Shown here: positions 49,701 to 61,504 of the stretch, piece after piece
How positions within the stretch are numbered: the first letter of the stretch is position 1
Layout: each line of letters begins with the position of its first letter
Source of the DNA: Yuukianura sp. NJ FZ-2021
Lineage: Eukaryota
Length of the DNA stretch: 64,000 bases
Assembly (NCBI GenBank): GCA_046563655.1
Contig: CM102283.1
Span: 310,001 to 374,000 of the forward strand
Direction of reading: 5' to 3'
Position numbers and translations under genes: made by a program
Notes under the pieces: generated by a model
Database searches by the model: none
Told to the model about the DNA's origin: nothing
What the model saw: the letters and a program-made list of their open reading frames with translations, nothing else

Positions 49701-51792
49701 TCTCTCAGTGACAAAAATTGTGGGGAGCAATTTAGTTAATACTAAGTAATTATATAACAATTATTCTCAACGTCACACATTGAGTGTTGTCGGGAAGATT
49801 GTTTGATGTCATTTGTCTAATATAAAATTGGAGGTCCCGAAGTTAAATGGCTTTTAAGTTAGAATAATAATACAGTTAATTAACCTTAGGTCTAGTTACT
49901 CTGTATTGTTTTACTACTACTAGTGACGAGCCCCGACAACGTTAAAGGTCATCAAGGTTTCTAGACTGAAAATTGGTATGAATTCTACTGTGAAATGTTA
50001 ATTGCTATCTGTTTGTTTTTCCTGAACTTACTTTATAGAATGTTTGCGACATTATCGACCAGGGATCGGTTATTATCAAAAAATTTTTGTTATTATCGAT
50101 ATTATCGATAATTTTGATAATATCAAATGCTAATAACAATAATAGCGTTGATAATTTCATGGCCCGTTGATAATAATGTTTTTTTTATTCATCATCCGAA
50201 ACTAAGTCAACAGTATTTTCGGTGCATCTTTTCTCGTCGTCATGTGTCACAGGAATGTTAATTACCTACTTCCTCTTCTTAGTCGGTTTGGTTGCCTAAC
50301 CATTTCATGTTAGTTTTGTCTTTGCCGGAGTCGTAGTTCCGGAATCGGTATATGAATTTCAGTTTGTTGGCCTTGTCATGTCCCAATCTATTTCTCAGCT
50401 TCGACAGTACAAAACCGTAAGTAGAAAAAATGCACTCAATTCCTGCAGTCGATGCGGTGGTTGACAGCAGCGTCAATTCCTTCCGATTCCCACTTGCGCT
50501 TTTTACGTTGCCCATAAGCCGGTATTATTTGGTTTACGGGAAGTATCGAAATGCTCCCAAATTCGATCCCTTTTCGGAGGCATTGTTTCAATTTAGTTAA
50601 CAAACAAATCGTCACGATTTACAAATAGCAATTTGGTCACTGTCGTTATTCTGTTCAAGTCGGTTTTAAAACGTCAAATTTCTAAATTGCGTCTCATCAT
50701 ACGTGCTTATCTGCATCAAACATTCACTTTCTTACGCGCTGCGGAAAAAAAAGCTTTGGTACTCATGCGTCATTATTATCATGATAACAATGGGCTTGAT
50801 AATTATCACTGATAATGTGATAATATCAACATTTGATAATATCATCGGCGCATCCCTGTTATCGACATAAGCCCACTTCGGCTTCCAGCATCACCACTCA
50901 ATGAGCAGAATCGGAAGTTTGCATTCTTGTACGATAGCGCACGACGAAACCTAAATATCCTGTTCAAACCATAGTCTGACGTTAGGATACGAGGATGACC
51001 TTGTCATTGGAAAAGGTGTGAGCGAACATCACTTTAACTGATGCTATTGCGATTTGCGAAGCTGTTTCATAATTCCTATAGTCTGAGTATGAGAATAAGT
51101 CCAACAATATTTCAGTGCGGTACGACATTGATAAGTCGGTATGGATGGAAAGTAGAACATCTTTAGGAGGCCTGCAATTTTCATTAAACTTGCTACAGAT
51201 TCTAAACTTATGTTCTGTAACCTGCTGGTCTAATCCAAACGAGATGAATGTTCCCATATTCAACTAACCTTTTGGAAGTGAAAATTACTAGTACTAATAT
51301 CAGGAACAAAGAGAATTTCCATAATCTTTTTGGTTTTCTCTTCCCAATGGAAAATAATTTTTGAGTACAAAATACGAAATACTAGTGCTAAATGGAAAGC
51401 TTCGACGCTTGTGACCACTGATTCCGCATGCAAACTGGATTTGAGGTAGGAAACGCTGAAAAAACAGCAATAAATCAAAACAATGGAGCAATTAACACCT
51501 CGTTCCGTGGCCTCCAGACATTAATAACACGAAGAAATTCATTTGTGTCGTATTCCTATTCCTAGTCTGTGTTACCACACGGATTCAAGAGCTGCGGACT
51601 GTGGAGGAATAGTAACGAATGCGGAGTTAGTGATGAATGTATTTTGTTTTACCATAAAGCCACACGTCCGTTGATTACAGGATCAACTGGAAAAGGACTG
51701 GATTCATAATTTCAGACGTATCCATTCATTTGTAGGTCGAGATGGCGTAGGTCCTTGTCGGACCATCTCGATATCTTATCCGTATCTAACAT
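43747..51792 (-). CDS. GDAP2: GDAP2 homologue (macro domain + CRAL-TRIO/Sec14-like domain), 8 coding exons; in-frame TGA in exon 1
   Basis: Exons 51792-51653, 49429-49273, 49174-49049, 48978-48797, 48647-48300, 47730-47582, 44316-44120, 44028-43747 all join in frame at GT-AG sites. Motifs: SPFP..INGRVALWYGDV, RTGDAK, HIAMRTVRRFLE, YFPR, LPKEIGDETG, LYRSGPDRLGRPV, YFHT, KKNLKSLRIVHPT, WWFTTFMAP. The start codon is uncertain. Confidence 0.9.
44396..47560 (+). mobile_element. Three head-to-tail DINE-1/Helentron-like elements (family B) in GDAP2 intron 6
   Basis: Copies at ~44396-45408, 45409-46310 and 46311-47560. Copies 2 and 3 begin with a TAATAGCGAAGCTA(C)TATTA hairpin; all have a GTCY microsatellite, a ~350-bp conserved core and variable C/G-rich minisatellites; copies 1 and 3 end in a GTTTACAACCGGTTT-type stem-loop. 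Confidence 0.7.
50060..50858 (-). mobile_element. Internally deleted hAT transposon in GDAP2 intron 1
   Basis: TIR CAGGGAT/ATCCCTG; TSD TTATCGAC at 50052-50059 and 50859-50866; hAT dimerisation-domain remnant ASTAGIECIFSTYGFVLSKLRNRLGHDKANKL (50279-50515); TGATAAT subterminal repeats. Confidence 0.92.
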
Positions 51793-52595
51793 TGCACTTT
51801 CGTTTTTGTTTGGACCCTCCTACGCCGCCAAGTCGATTGTTCCTGTTCCTGGACCAGCGATGTAGCAAGCGAATGTATTCGTTATAGCAAGCGAACCCTT
51901 TTAGAGAGCTTGGAGAATTTCGATGTTACTTCGTATCCTCGTCTCCGAAGATTCAGTAAAGATCCCAGTTTGAAATGCGGGACATCAACCTTTAATTTAT
52001 AAACAAACGAGGTATTACTGTTAGCGTTTACATACTTCACTTGTAAGTGCTTAACCTTTCAAAAGCTTATTAGATAACACAAAGCCTTCAACATGACAGA
52101 CAGCAAAATTGCTTTCAAAAAATTATATTTAAAAACTACAAAAAATTCAGTATTCAGTACTGAAGTAGTCAATGAACCTACCCGTACACGTTGACGTTAG
52201 CGATAAAGCCCAAGTTCACAAGTCACACACAATAAAATACGGATTGCTCCAACCGTTAAGGTCAATTAATATTGCTCTCTCCTCTTGGTGTGAGTTCCGC
52301 CCGGATATGAATATGTGATAAGTTTTATGTTCTGGCCATGCAAATGAGCTTAATCTAAGCCACTCCTCCATTTCTCGGAACAACTCCCCATCGATCTTTT
52401 TTCCCGCCGAAAGTTTGTTTCGGTTAAGAATTATGCGCGGCAAATAAAAGTCAACCGACGCTTTTTCTTTGCTTCTTGGCTATCAGTTTGCTCTGCTTTT
52501 TTCTAGTAAAATTTCACTAGTTAGAAACTAAATATTATTGAATTAAGTTACCGTACGACTATTAAAAACTGATCTGCACTTGAATTGAGAGAGAA

Positions 52596-53550
52596 TAAAC
52601 CGGTTGTAAACCGCCCATAATGATAATAGCGAAGAATAGGGAAGTTTTGTAAATAACACTGAAGCCCTCCCCTCCAAAGGTGAGCGGGGGTGTGTTCCCC
52701 CAACTTTCCCGCACCCCCCCCCCCCCTCCCCGGGGTAGTGGGGGTGTGCTCCCCCACTTCCCCGCCCCCCCCAGGGGGTGTTGACACGTGAGACGTGACA
52801 GCTGAGGCGTGGCAGGTGACAGGTGAGACGTGACAGGTGACACCCGGCAAGTAACACTTGAGGGTGACAGGTGACACGCGGCACGTGACAGGTGACACCC
52901 GCCAGGTGACAGGTGACAACCGGCAAGTGACAGGTGACATGTGACACCCGGCAAGTGACAGGTGACACCCGGCAGTTAACAGGTGACAGGTGACACCCGG
53001 CAGTTAACAGGTGACAGGTGACACCCGGCAGTTAACAGGTGACAGGTGACACCCGGCAAGTGACAGGTGACACCCGGTGGACACAGTGCATTTGTGTGTA
53101 ATGTGTATATGTCAACTGCGTAATAGATTTTTTGCTAAGCAGAGAACCAAGTCCCATGCCAATTGCCTTTCCAGTCTCACGAGCAGAGTTTTTGCTACAC
53201 ACACTTGCATTACAAATGACCTTTGAAATCCATTTTGACCCGGAAGCAGGTGACCTAGGGTCACACATTACACACAAAAGTTGTTTCCCTCGATGAGATG
53301 AACAACTTTTGTAGAGGCCATTTTCCATGTTACCGGGTGTAAAACCGGTTGACCTTGACCTTTGACCCGGAAGGAGTTTACACCCGGGGGTCATATTCAA
53401 TAGTGACCTAGTCCGGATCATGGGGTGTTGATAGGTGAAAACCGGAATCAAATCGGGCCAGTAGTTTCTGAGATAATTATTCTGGACAGACAGACGGACG
53501 GACAGACAGACAGACAGACGTCTTCTATAATAATAGCTTCGCTATTATAA
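52596..53550 (-). mobile_element. Fourth DINE-1/Helentron-like family B copy, inverted
   Basis: Reverse complement of the 44396-47560 units, with a GTGACAG minisatellite. Confidence 0.75.
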
Positions 53551-53632
53551 TAACTTCAAGTAAGGTGAGTGAGCCACTTCTATTGGGTTATAGTAACCAT
53601 AAGGGGTCCAATTTACTTAGAATTTTTTTTCG

Positions 53633-53915
53633 AGTGACATGACCTATGACAACCCAAAAAAGGACCTCTACAAAAGTTGGTGGACTTGATGAGGGGATCA
53701 TTTTTTGTCCTGCGACATATGACCCTGTGACCTTCCGTTGGGGGCATAGGTCAATTTGAAGGTTTAACCTAACATAACCTAACTAAGTTTCAAATATACC
53801 TATGACCTCAACGGAAGGTCACAGGGTCATATGTCACCGGACAAAAAATGATCCTCTCATCATGTCCACCAACTTTTGTAGAGGTCATTTTTTGGTTGTC
53901 ATAGGTCATGTCACT
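53633..53915. mobile_element. MITE with long imperfect TIRs and an AACCT centre
   Basis: AGTGACATGACCTATGACAACC... versus ...GGTTGTCATAGGTCATGTCACT. Confidence 0.75.
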
Positions 53916-54359
53916 ACCCTCCATATTCTGCATATTTCTTTCTCATTTCCATGTGCCTCTTGCTCAAATGTCAATGTAAAGCCAATAACTGGTATTTACA
54001 ATTTGTTATTTTAAGACAATAAATTCACCTTTATACTATCCGTAATAAAGCTTAATTACTAATTAGTAATTAATATTTCAAACTACTGTTGTAATACAAC
54101 TATGGTAGGCGCAACACTCCAATAAATCAAACTTTCCGACAGAATGAACGAGAATTTGGGTTGGGGTAAGCTTTAGTGGCCGTCATTGTATCCGCACAGT
54201 GTAAGCATCCGTGATTTTTAGTGGCTACAACGGGTGGTGGCTACTTTGCGTCAACATACGTTGCCGCTTTATGTTAGGTAAAAGTGGTAAAATTTCAGTT
54301 GCCACTAAGGTGTAGCCCTTATTGTAGTGACTAAAATAGCGGCATGCCTACACTGGTTC

Positions 54360-54907
54360 CAGGTCATAGCCGCCAATCCAAAAGCGGCCAATCCCATAGG
54401 AGCCAATCAATAGCGGCCAATTTCTAAAGCGGCCAGTCCCTTAGCGGTCAATCCTAAAGCTGCCAATTTCTAAAGCGGCCAATTTCCAAAGGCGCCAATT
54501 CCTTAGCGGCCAATCCTAAAGCGGCCAACGTCAATAGCCGCCAATATTTAAAGCCGACAAAATTAGAAACTGCCGATTATAACTTAAGGTAATCACCCTA
54601 CGTAGTAATTCACATTAACGTGGCCTAACCAAACCTAACCTAGGTTAATCAAGCATAACACAACCTAAATAACCTAGCCTGATTAAATTAAAACTCGTTT
54701 CTAGTTTTGTCGGCTTTAGAAATTGGCGGCTATTGACGTTGGCCGCTTTAGGATTGGCCGCTAAGGAATTGGCGGCTTTAGAAATTGGCCGCTTTAGAAA
54801 TTGGCCGCTTTAGGATTGGCCGCTAAGGGATTGGCCGCTTTAGAAATTGGCCGCTATTGATTGGCTCCTATGGGATTGGACGCTTTTGGATTGGCGGCTA
54901 TGACCTG
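54360..54907. mobile_element. Foldback-type MITE with GCGGCCAAT subrepeats
   Basis: CAGGTCATAGCCGCCAATCC...GGATTGGCGGCTATGACCTG; arms of ~200 bp built of tandem subrepeats. Confidence 0.8.
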
Positions 54908-54926
54908 CTACGGCGTACACTGTGCG

Positions 54927-55301
54927 CAGTGTTGGTGGATATCCACTTTTTCGACATTTCATCCACGGCTAGATATCCAGTGGAAGAAATGGACGAAATG
55001 GACGAATCCAAAGGGGCGGAGCTTTGCCCTCCGAATTTGCATTAATTGACTACAAAAAACTAAAAAACGAAAACACAGCATAAAAACTCTGTAAATATCG
55101 TTTTTGTATACGTTTTAAATAATATATTAACTATAATGGCGAAAGTAAAGCTTTCTGATTTCATTTTGTAAATTTAAATTTGAATCGATTTGAATTTCGC
55201 GCAAAATTTGTGATTTCTTCCATCCACTTTTAGTTTCGTCCATTTGGGGCGCGTTTCTTCCAGTGGATATCCACTGGACGTTTAAGCGTCCACCAACACT
55301 G
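54927..55301. mobile_element. hAT-type MITE
   Basis: TIR CAGTGTTGGTGGA; TSD ACTGTGCG at 54919-54926 and 55302-55309. Confidence 0.9.
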
Positions 55302-55529
55302 ACTGTGCGGCTACACTGACGGTCGTTAATCCTTAAGGCGACCAGTATTTCCGAACCGAGAGGGGGAGGTGTTCCGAGAAATGGAGGATCGGCTTAGAAA
55401 GCTCATTTGCATGGCCAGAACATAAAACTATCACTGTACTGCAAAACCGGAACACAGACTTTAGTCCTTTGATTTGATCAGCTGATTGTAACAATAATTT
55501 GGTACACGATGTTCTAATCTAAATGATGA

Positions 55530-56060
55530 GTCGAGCCGAGCCCAGCCCGGTAAGGATACATTGTTTTTAGCTCACACGTTTGCATTGGTTGGTTCGGCGA
55601 ACCAGCCGAACCGAACCAACAAGAAATGCTTCGATCCACGAATCGAGCAGAGCCAGTTGCTTTCCGGTTCGAACCGAACCGAACCGAGCCGAAATGAAAA
55701 ATGTTCGATCCACGAATGTCCGAGCAAGCGTTTTCCCTTTACGTTCCGAGCCGAGCCGAGCCAAATGCTACTGGTTCGGTTCGCTTGTAGTTGGTTCGCC
55801 GAACCGAACCAACCACCCTTTACGTGGTTCGCCGATCCAAACAGCTGTTTTTGCTGGTTCGGCGAACCAGCCGAACCGAGCCAACACAACTGGACGTCGA
55901 ACCGCGAGCCGAACCAATCCAATTCTTTTTCTCCGCGAACCGAACCGAACCGATTCAGCAAACACCAGCGAACCGAACCGAACCGGTTCGATTGCATCGG
56001 TTCGGTTCGCTCCCAACGAACCAGTTGGTTCGGCTTTTTGGTTCGTGCACACGTGTATCT
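55530..56060. repeat. GAACC/GGTTC-rich repeat, probable MITE
   Basis: Dense GAACCGAACC and GAGCCGAGCC motifs in both orientations; this explains the overlapping spurious ORFs here. Confidence 0.65.
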
Positions 56061-56896
56061 AGCTTAAATAGCGGGGTTTTTAGCACTTTTCCTAAAATTG
56101 CTAAGCTATCCTTTTTTTAGCGCTAAAAAGACCAGCCCTGTAATTCTTGCGAAAAAAATTATAGAAAAAACGGTTTAATTTGCGAATATGCCTTTCTTCA
56201 ACTTTTCTTTGCGTTTTTCAATTTTGAATTTTAGTGATCATATCAGCATCCTTCGTCTATCGAACAAAACATATCCGGGTCCGATTTTGAACAAAACGTG
56301 GTCCCTGACGTGCTTCTCAATGTAAGATTTACGAAAATGTTCAAAAATTTTCAGATTAGTACGTACATTTTTGTACAAAATTGAAATTTTGAAATTTCAG
56401 GCTGGTGATTCAGCGCTGTTATGGTTGGATTCGGTTGCGTTCGAGTTCAGTTTCGATTGATTTGATTCTGGGAGCTTCGTACGTGTGTGCTTTTCTTTGG
56501 GCTTTACTCGTGCTCAGTGTTAATCGGGTCGGTCGACAAGAAATCAAGTAAGGAAAGATTTCTCTTGAAACTTTTTTTAAAAAAAACTTTCTCAAAACTT
56601 TTAAATTTTCAAATATTGTGCCCTGTTTGAACAGAATCAACGCGAGATCTCAAAAACGAGCGAGGCTGGACTACGGAACAAAACTTGGAATGAATTCGCC
56701 GTTCTAAAAACCGGCTGCCATGCAAAATCGAATGTGTTTGAACAAAATTTAATGAGGTACGACTTGGTGTTCTACTCTAAGTTCAAATTTAGAAAAAACT
56801 TTAAAAATGTTTAGTGTTGAAAAGTGACAAATAATATTTGTATTTTTTAAAACAATAAGGTTTCTCACTGCAAACTTGTTTTAAAAAAATTCAAAT

Positions 56897-59800
56897 TCAA
56901 ACAGATACTCCAGCCTCGGCCAATCGCTTGTCCAGCTCATCAAACAAAGGTGTGAAGTAGTTGATCAGCGAAGATGTCGACAGTTTTCCTGGACCCGTCA
57001 AAACTTTCAGCGCTTCTGGCCAGTTTTCACGAAATCCCATTCCCATCATATCGCTGAAACCAAGAAATCAAAATTTTGAATTTTGAAATGTGCTGTAGCT
57101 GTTTGAACAATTTGCTGCTTGAACAGCATCAATTTGCCAACTTACGCCGATTTCTTTCCAGCATCTTTGTTTCCAGCAAAGTCGCATTGATAAAGTGGTT
57201 TAGAGGTGGGACTGCCTGGAGTAAATTCTTTAGCAGTGATGCACATTGCTTCATAGAACTGAAATTGTAGAATGTGACTGATGAAGTATCGAATGTACTC
57301 AACATTGGCCACAATGTGATACTTGGCAGCAGGGTCAAAGGTCACAGGATCCCTTGGTGCTGGAGGAACAATACGCTGATTCTCCTTTCGAATTTCCCAC
57401 CATCTCCACTCAACTTCCCTTCTATTACTTCCCAGCGCCACTTGTCCACCGAATAAGCAAATGGAAGAAATGCAATCTAAAATATACAAAGCAAACCTCA
57501 GTTGGACTGGACAGTTAACTCGATTCTCGCAGAGATTTCGAAATTTTGAAACATTTTTTTTTAAACTTTGAAATTTCGTTTTCAAAAAATTTAGAAATTA
57601 TGTTTTCAAAAATTTTTCAAAATGTAAGCTGAATTTTTTTAGTTTTTGTTTTTTACCTTCTCGCGAGCCATTTGGTACGAAAAGTTTATGTCGACTGGAA
57701 ATGGTGGAGGGGGCGGAGCTTGTGAAGCGGCTTTTTGATTGGAGCAATCGAGGTCAAGGCCAAGGTCAAGTTCCAAAGCACATTGGAGATGCTTCGGAGT
57801 AGTCACGGCGAGAGCTAAAGCGTCTCCTAAAGCTTCATGGAATCCTGGATTGGCTCCGTCCCGAAAAATGACGTGCTCATTGGTGTACTGCATGAAGTAC
57901 TCGATGTGACCTGTAAGGTCAAAGGTCAAGGTCAAGGTGACAAATCTATCTTTGACTTTGAAATTTTAAAAATTCGGTGTTGGTACGTACCCATTTGGTG
58001 GTGAGTAGTGACAAGGTCGTCTAATGCAACCTTGGTACACTGCTTGATTCTAAAGTTTAAAAAAAATCAAGGTCAAGGTCAAAGGTCAAGAAAAATTGCA
58101 CTGAATTTGGATTTTTTACAAACCTGAAGTCCGTGTTTCCTCTGCCCAAGCAGAAATCTAAAAAGAAAACAAAATTATTTCAGCTTTGAAGCGCTAAGCG
58201 ATAGACAGCAGCAGCGATTCAGCGATTGTGCTGGAAGTTTTTCACTTCACCTTCAACGCTTGCGTGACAAACGACTTCCCGGTCCGTTGGTTTGACCAGC
58301 ATGCTCTTCTCCCAGAACGTTGGGGTCATTCTCTGCAATCCCATGTCCCCAAAAAAGTCATCGGCCACTTCAAAAATCTTCTTGGGCGTGTACCCATGTT
58401 CCAAATTGTTCAAAATCATGTCAAAATTTCGAAATTTTAACTTTTCAAACCTTGTTGATCAAAGCTGCAGTGACATTGACAGCAGTAGCGTTCGGGTAAG
58501 GCTTAGTACTTGCGTCTAGTTCGCCCCACTGTTGTGCCCACAAATTTCCAAAGACATGTGCTGGCAGATACTGGCCGAATCCACCTTCTTCGAACTTGAC
58601 CTTCCATGCTGGATTCTGTTTCAGCTGGAGACCAACGTAAGAGTGGAGTTTTTTGTAATACGGCTCCAGCCAAGGTGGGTAAACAAGCAGATTGTTGATT
58701 GCTACAAAAGGTTATTCGTTAATTCGACGTTTTTTAATTTTGTTAAATAATTTTCAAAACTTGCTACGCCATGCCTTACTATGGTAATGATTTGTATGTA
58801 ATGTAACGGAATTGGTCCAAAATTGGTCCAAAAAGTTGTTTTCACTCAATTTTTATAAACCTCGGAGGTATCGAATAACCTCTTGTAGCAATACAATTGG
58901 TTGCTATAGCAACCTTGGCTCCAGCGATTTCCAAATCGCTTCCATTTCGGCCTTGAACTTAGCCGGAGTCCAATCGTTCGCAACGTCGTCGTCGTAGTCC
59001 ATCAGCGACAGTTCAGTCATCTGCAACGACAAACAAACGAAAAATAAACATTTTGTTTTTCAAAAAAGTTTTTGAAAATTATGATTCAGATCTCAAGAGT
59101 TTTGCTTTCCAACACAATTCCGTTCCTAAGATACGAATTTGTAAATGATTTTTTGAAATTTTGGAAAAAGATTTTAAGTTTTAAAGTTTCTGCTAGAAAA
59201 CTGTCCGGAACTATGCGGGGATTATACGGTTCAGAAAGGCTATTCGCGTTCAACTTTTTTTTTTCCAGCTCTCATATCCACCTCTTCGCTCCGTATAATC
59301 TCCTATCTCAATTCTACCAAAACCAGCCTGAAACTTTTCGATTCCTAGGATCACAAAATTCTAAAAATTATAACGTTTAGCCATTTCTGTAACTCCATCA
59401 GCCGGCTCAAGTTGCACAGCACAAATTCACATAATTTAGTGCAAAAATTTGCCCAAAAAAAAATCAAAATTCATAGAATTCATGTATTAGGTAACTTACA
59501 TCTTTGAATCCATTGGCCTTGGCTATTTTATTCTGGAGGTCAATGAACTGCTTGTACTCGTCTGGCGTGACCTTTGACCCCATCGTGTCATGTCAAGCTG
59601 TCCAGTAGTAAGCCAATTCATCATAATCTTTACTCGAGGTCAATTTGGCTTCAATTTCTAAAAAAAAAAAGACACCACAAATCATAAAAGTTCGAAGGAT
59701 GAAGTGATTCCCAACTTTCCGTTAAAGTTGAAACTTTTAAGTTCAATTTTTTTTAAAAACTTAATGTCATCCGCTGCTCACCAGGATCCAGTGTGTAGTT

Positions 59801-60311
59801 GCAAATTGTAGGATTTTGATATTCGCAAACAGTTGCTGTTGCATAAACAGATTCCATTTGAGCCTGGATTTCATTCATTCTGGCAACATGTGCTGGCAGC
59901 ATTGTTCCTGGACCGGATACTTGCAAGTACTTGATCTCTCTCTTCACAGTTTCATTCTTAAAGGAATCTAAATGCGGGAACTTCGCCAGTAGCTCTTTCT
60001 GCACAGTGGCTTGAAATTCTCCAAATTCATTGGTCGCCAAAACCTAAAAACCAAAATTTTGATGCAAAAAGGTTCACAAGGTCAAACTTCAAAATTTAAA
60101 ATCTTACCGAATTGTTCTCCGTTTCCGTTGTGACATTCGTGATATAACTCCATCTTGCTTCTGTTTGCTTGTTACATGCTGCCGAGTATCGTTTTTCCAA
60201 ATCTTCCAAGTACTGGATCGCTTCTGCTTCTTCTTGCTCCTGCGCAGAAGCAACTTGAAACACAAGCATAAAAAGCGCAACTAAAACGGTTTTCCAGTGT
60301 CTTAGTGACAT
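56897..60311 (-). pseudogene. Ace-like: Angiotensin-converting-enzyme-like (peptidase M2) single-domain secreted protein, disabled
   Basis: Signal peptide MSLRHWKTVLVALFMLVFQVASA; motifs [75 protein letters not shown]. Lesions: TGA near 59593, MITE in an exon (58671-58917), acceptor AG>AT near 58397, frameshifting deletion near 57410. Confidence 0.9.
58671..58917. mobile_element. 247-bp CAAGGT-terminated MITE inside an ACE coding exon
   Basis: Ends CAAGGTGG.../...CAACCTTG; TSD GCTCCAGC at 58663-58670 and 58918-58925. Removing it restores ...IWKSLEPYYKKLHSYV. Confidence 0.92.
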
Positions 60312-60702
60312 TATTCTGGCAAATGCTGAACTAGACTAAAAATCAATTTTGAATTGCTAGTTGTTTTGTCAGTTAAGCATTGCGAACCAAACACATCTTG
60401 CAACTTGAGAGCAAAACAATGGCCTTTTATAAACCTGTTCCTGATAAAAATTTGAGACGTTTTTTTTCCAAAGAATTCCCAAATTTTAATATCATACTAA
60501 AACTAAATAGATTTTTTTGTGTGTTTTCGCTTACTGGACCAGAAGTTGAAACAAAGTTTTGAACTGCTAAAATTGTTCTAAAAATAATCATATCAGAAGA
60601 AATGGTCAATGGTACATTGGATCATCTTCATCGTTCATTGATTACTAAATGAACTGGACAGCTGATTTCGACAACTGAAACTTCATCAATCAATGACCTC
60701 CG

Positions 60703-61479
60703 ATGACCTCTACTGAAGAACCAAAGACCCGAGGAAGGAAAAGGAAATCACAACAGGAAGAATCACCGGCTACAAAATCACTCAAAATGGGAGAGCCTAG
60801 CATTTCTTCAGTTCTTGCCGCTATCAAATCACTGAATGACAAGATGGACACCAACCATGCTGGAATAACTCAACAGATTCAATCACTCAGCACTGAAGTA
60901 ACAACTATCAAACAAAGAATGAAGGCATCCGACGATTTTCAAAGAACACTGTCTACTCAAATTGAATCTCATGATTCCGACCTTGAACGTCTCCAAATCA
61001 CCGTCAACAAAATCAACCAAATCGTTCACGGTCTTCAAATTACAAATAATGAAACGGCTGATTCCGTCAAAAATGAACTTGAAAGAATCTTCTCACTTGC
61101 TGTGCCGCTGATGAATCTTCCGATCATCGACGACAACTATCGTCTGGGTCGTCCTACTCCACAAAATTCCAGCAAGCCAGTCAAAGTGATTTTCAAATCA
61201 CTTAAAGCAAGGAACACGATTTGGAAAGACCGTAACATAATCAAAACTGCTTATCCTCACCTTAATATCACTCAAGATCTACCCCTGCAAACTAGGCAGA
61301 AACTCGCAGCACGTCGCCAAAATCGGAATGCATCTCCAGGATCGATTCAAAATTCACAACAAACTTACTCACAAGCCACATCTACTTATCCGAATCAAAC
61401 TTCCGCTGTATTTGGCAACAGCACCTTCACTCGACGTTCTCCGCCTCCTGCTCCACTACTTAATCAAAATACAGCCTGA
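60703..61479 (+). CDS. LINE ORF1 (coiled coil + RRM-like), CR1/L2 type
   Basis: 258-aa ORF with a heptad coiled coil and IDDNYRLGRP..KPVKVIF..I.QDL motifs, directly upstream of an APE endonuclease. Confidence 0.75.
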   Translation: MTSTEEPKTRGRKRKSQQEESPATKSLKMGEPSISSVLAAIKSLNDKMDTNHAGITQQIQSLSTEVTTIKQRMKASDDFQRTLSTQIESHDSDLERLQITVNKINQIVHGLQITNNETADSVKNELERIFSLAVPLMNLPIIDDNYRLGRPTPQNSSKPVKVIFKSLKARNTIWKDRNIIKTAYPHLNITQDLPLQTRQKLAARRQNRNASPGSIQNSQQTYSQATSTYPNQTSAVFGNSTFTRRSPPPAPLLNQNTA

Positions 61480-61504
61480 CTATCACGAGACTCGACCAAT
61501 CTCA

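Noticed and set aside
55561-56120. Overlapping EPNR/FGS-repeat ORFs
   Set aside because: Translation of GAACC repeats; open in several frames on both strands.
59593-59595. TGA at a Trp position as evidence of an alternative genetic code or selenocysteine
   Set aside because: Other Trp codons are TGG, TGA ends other ORFs in the window, and the gene has independent lesions.
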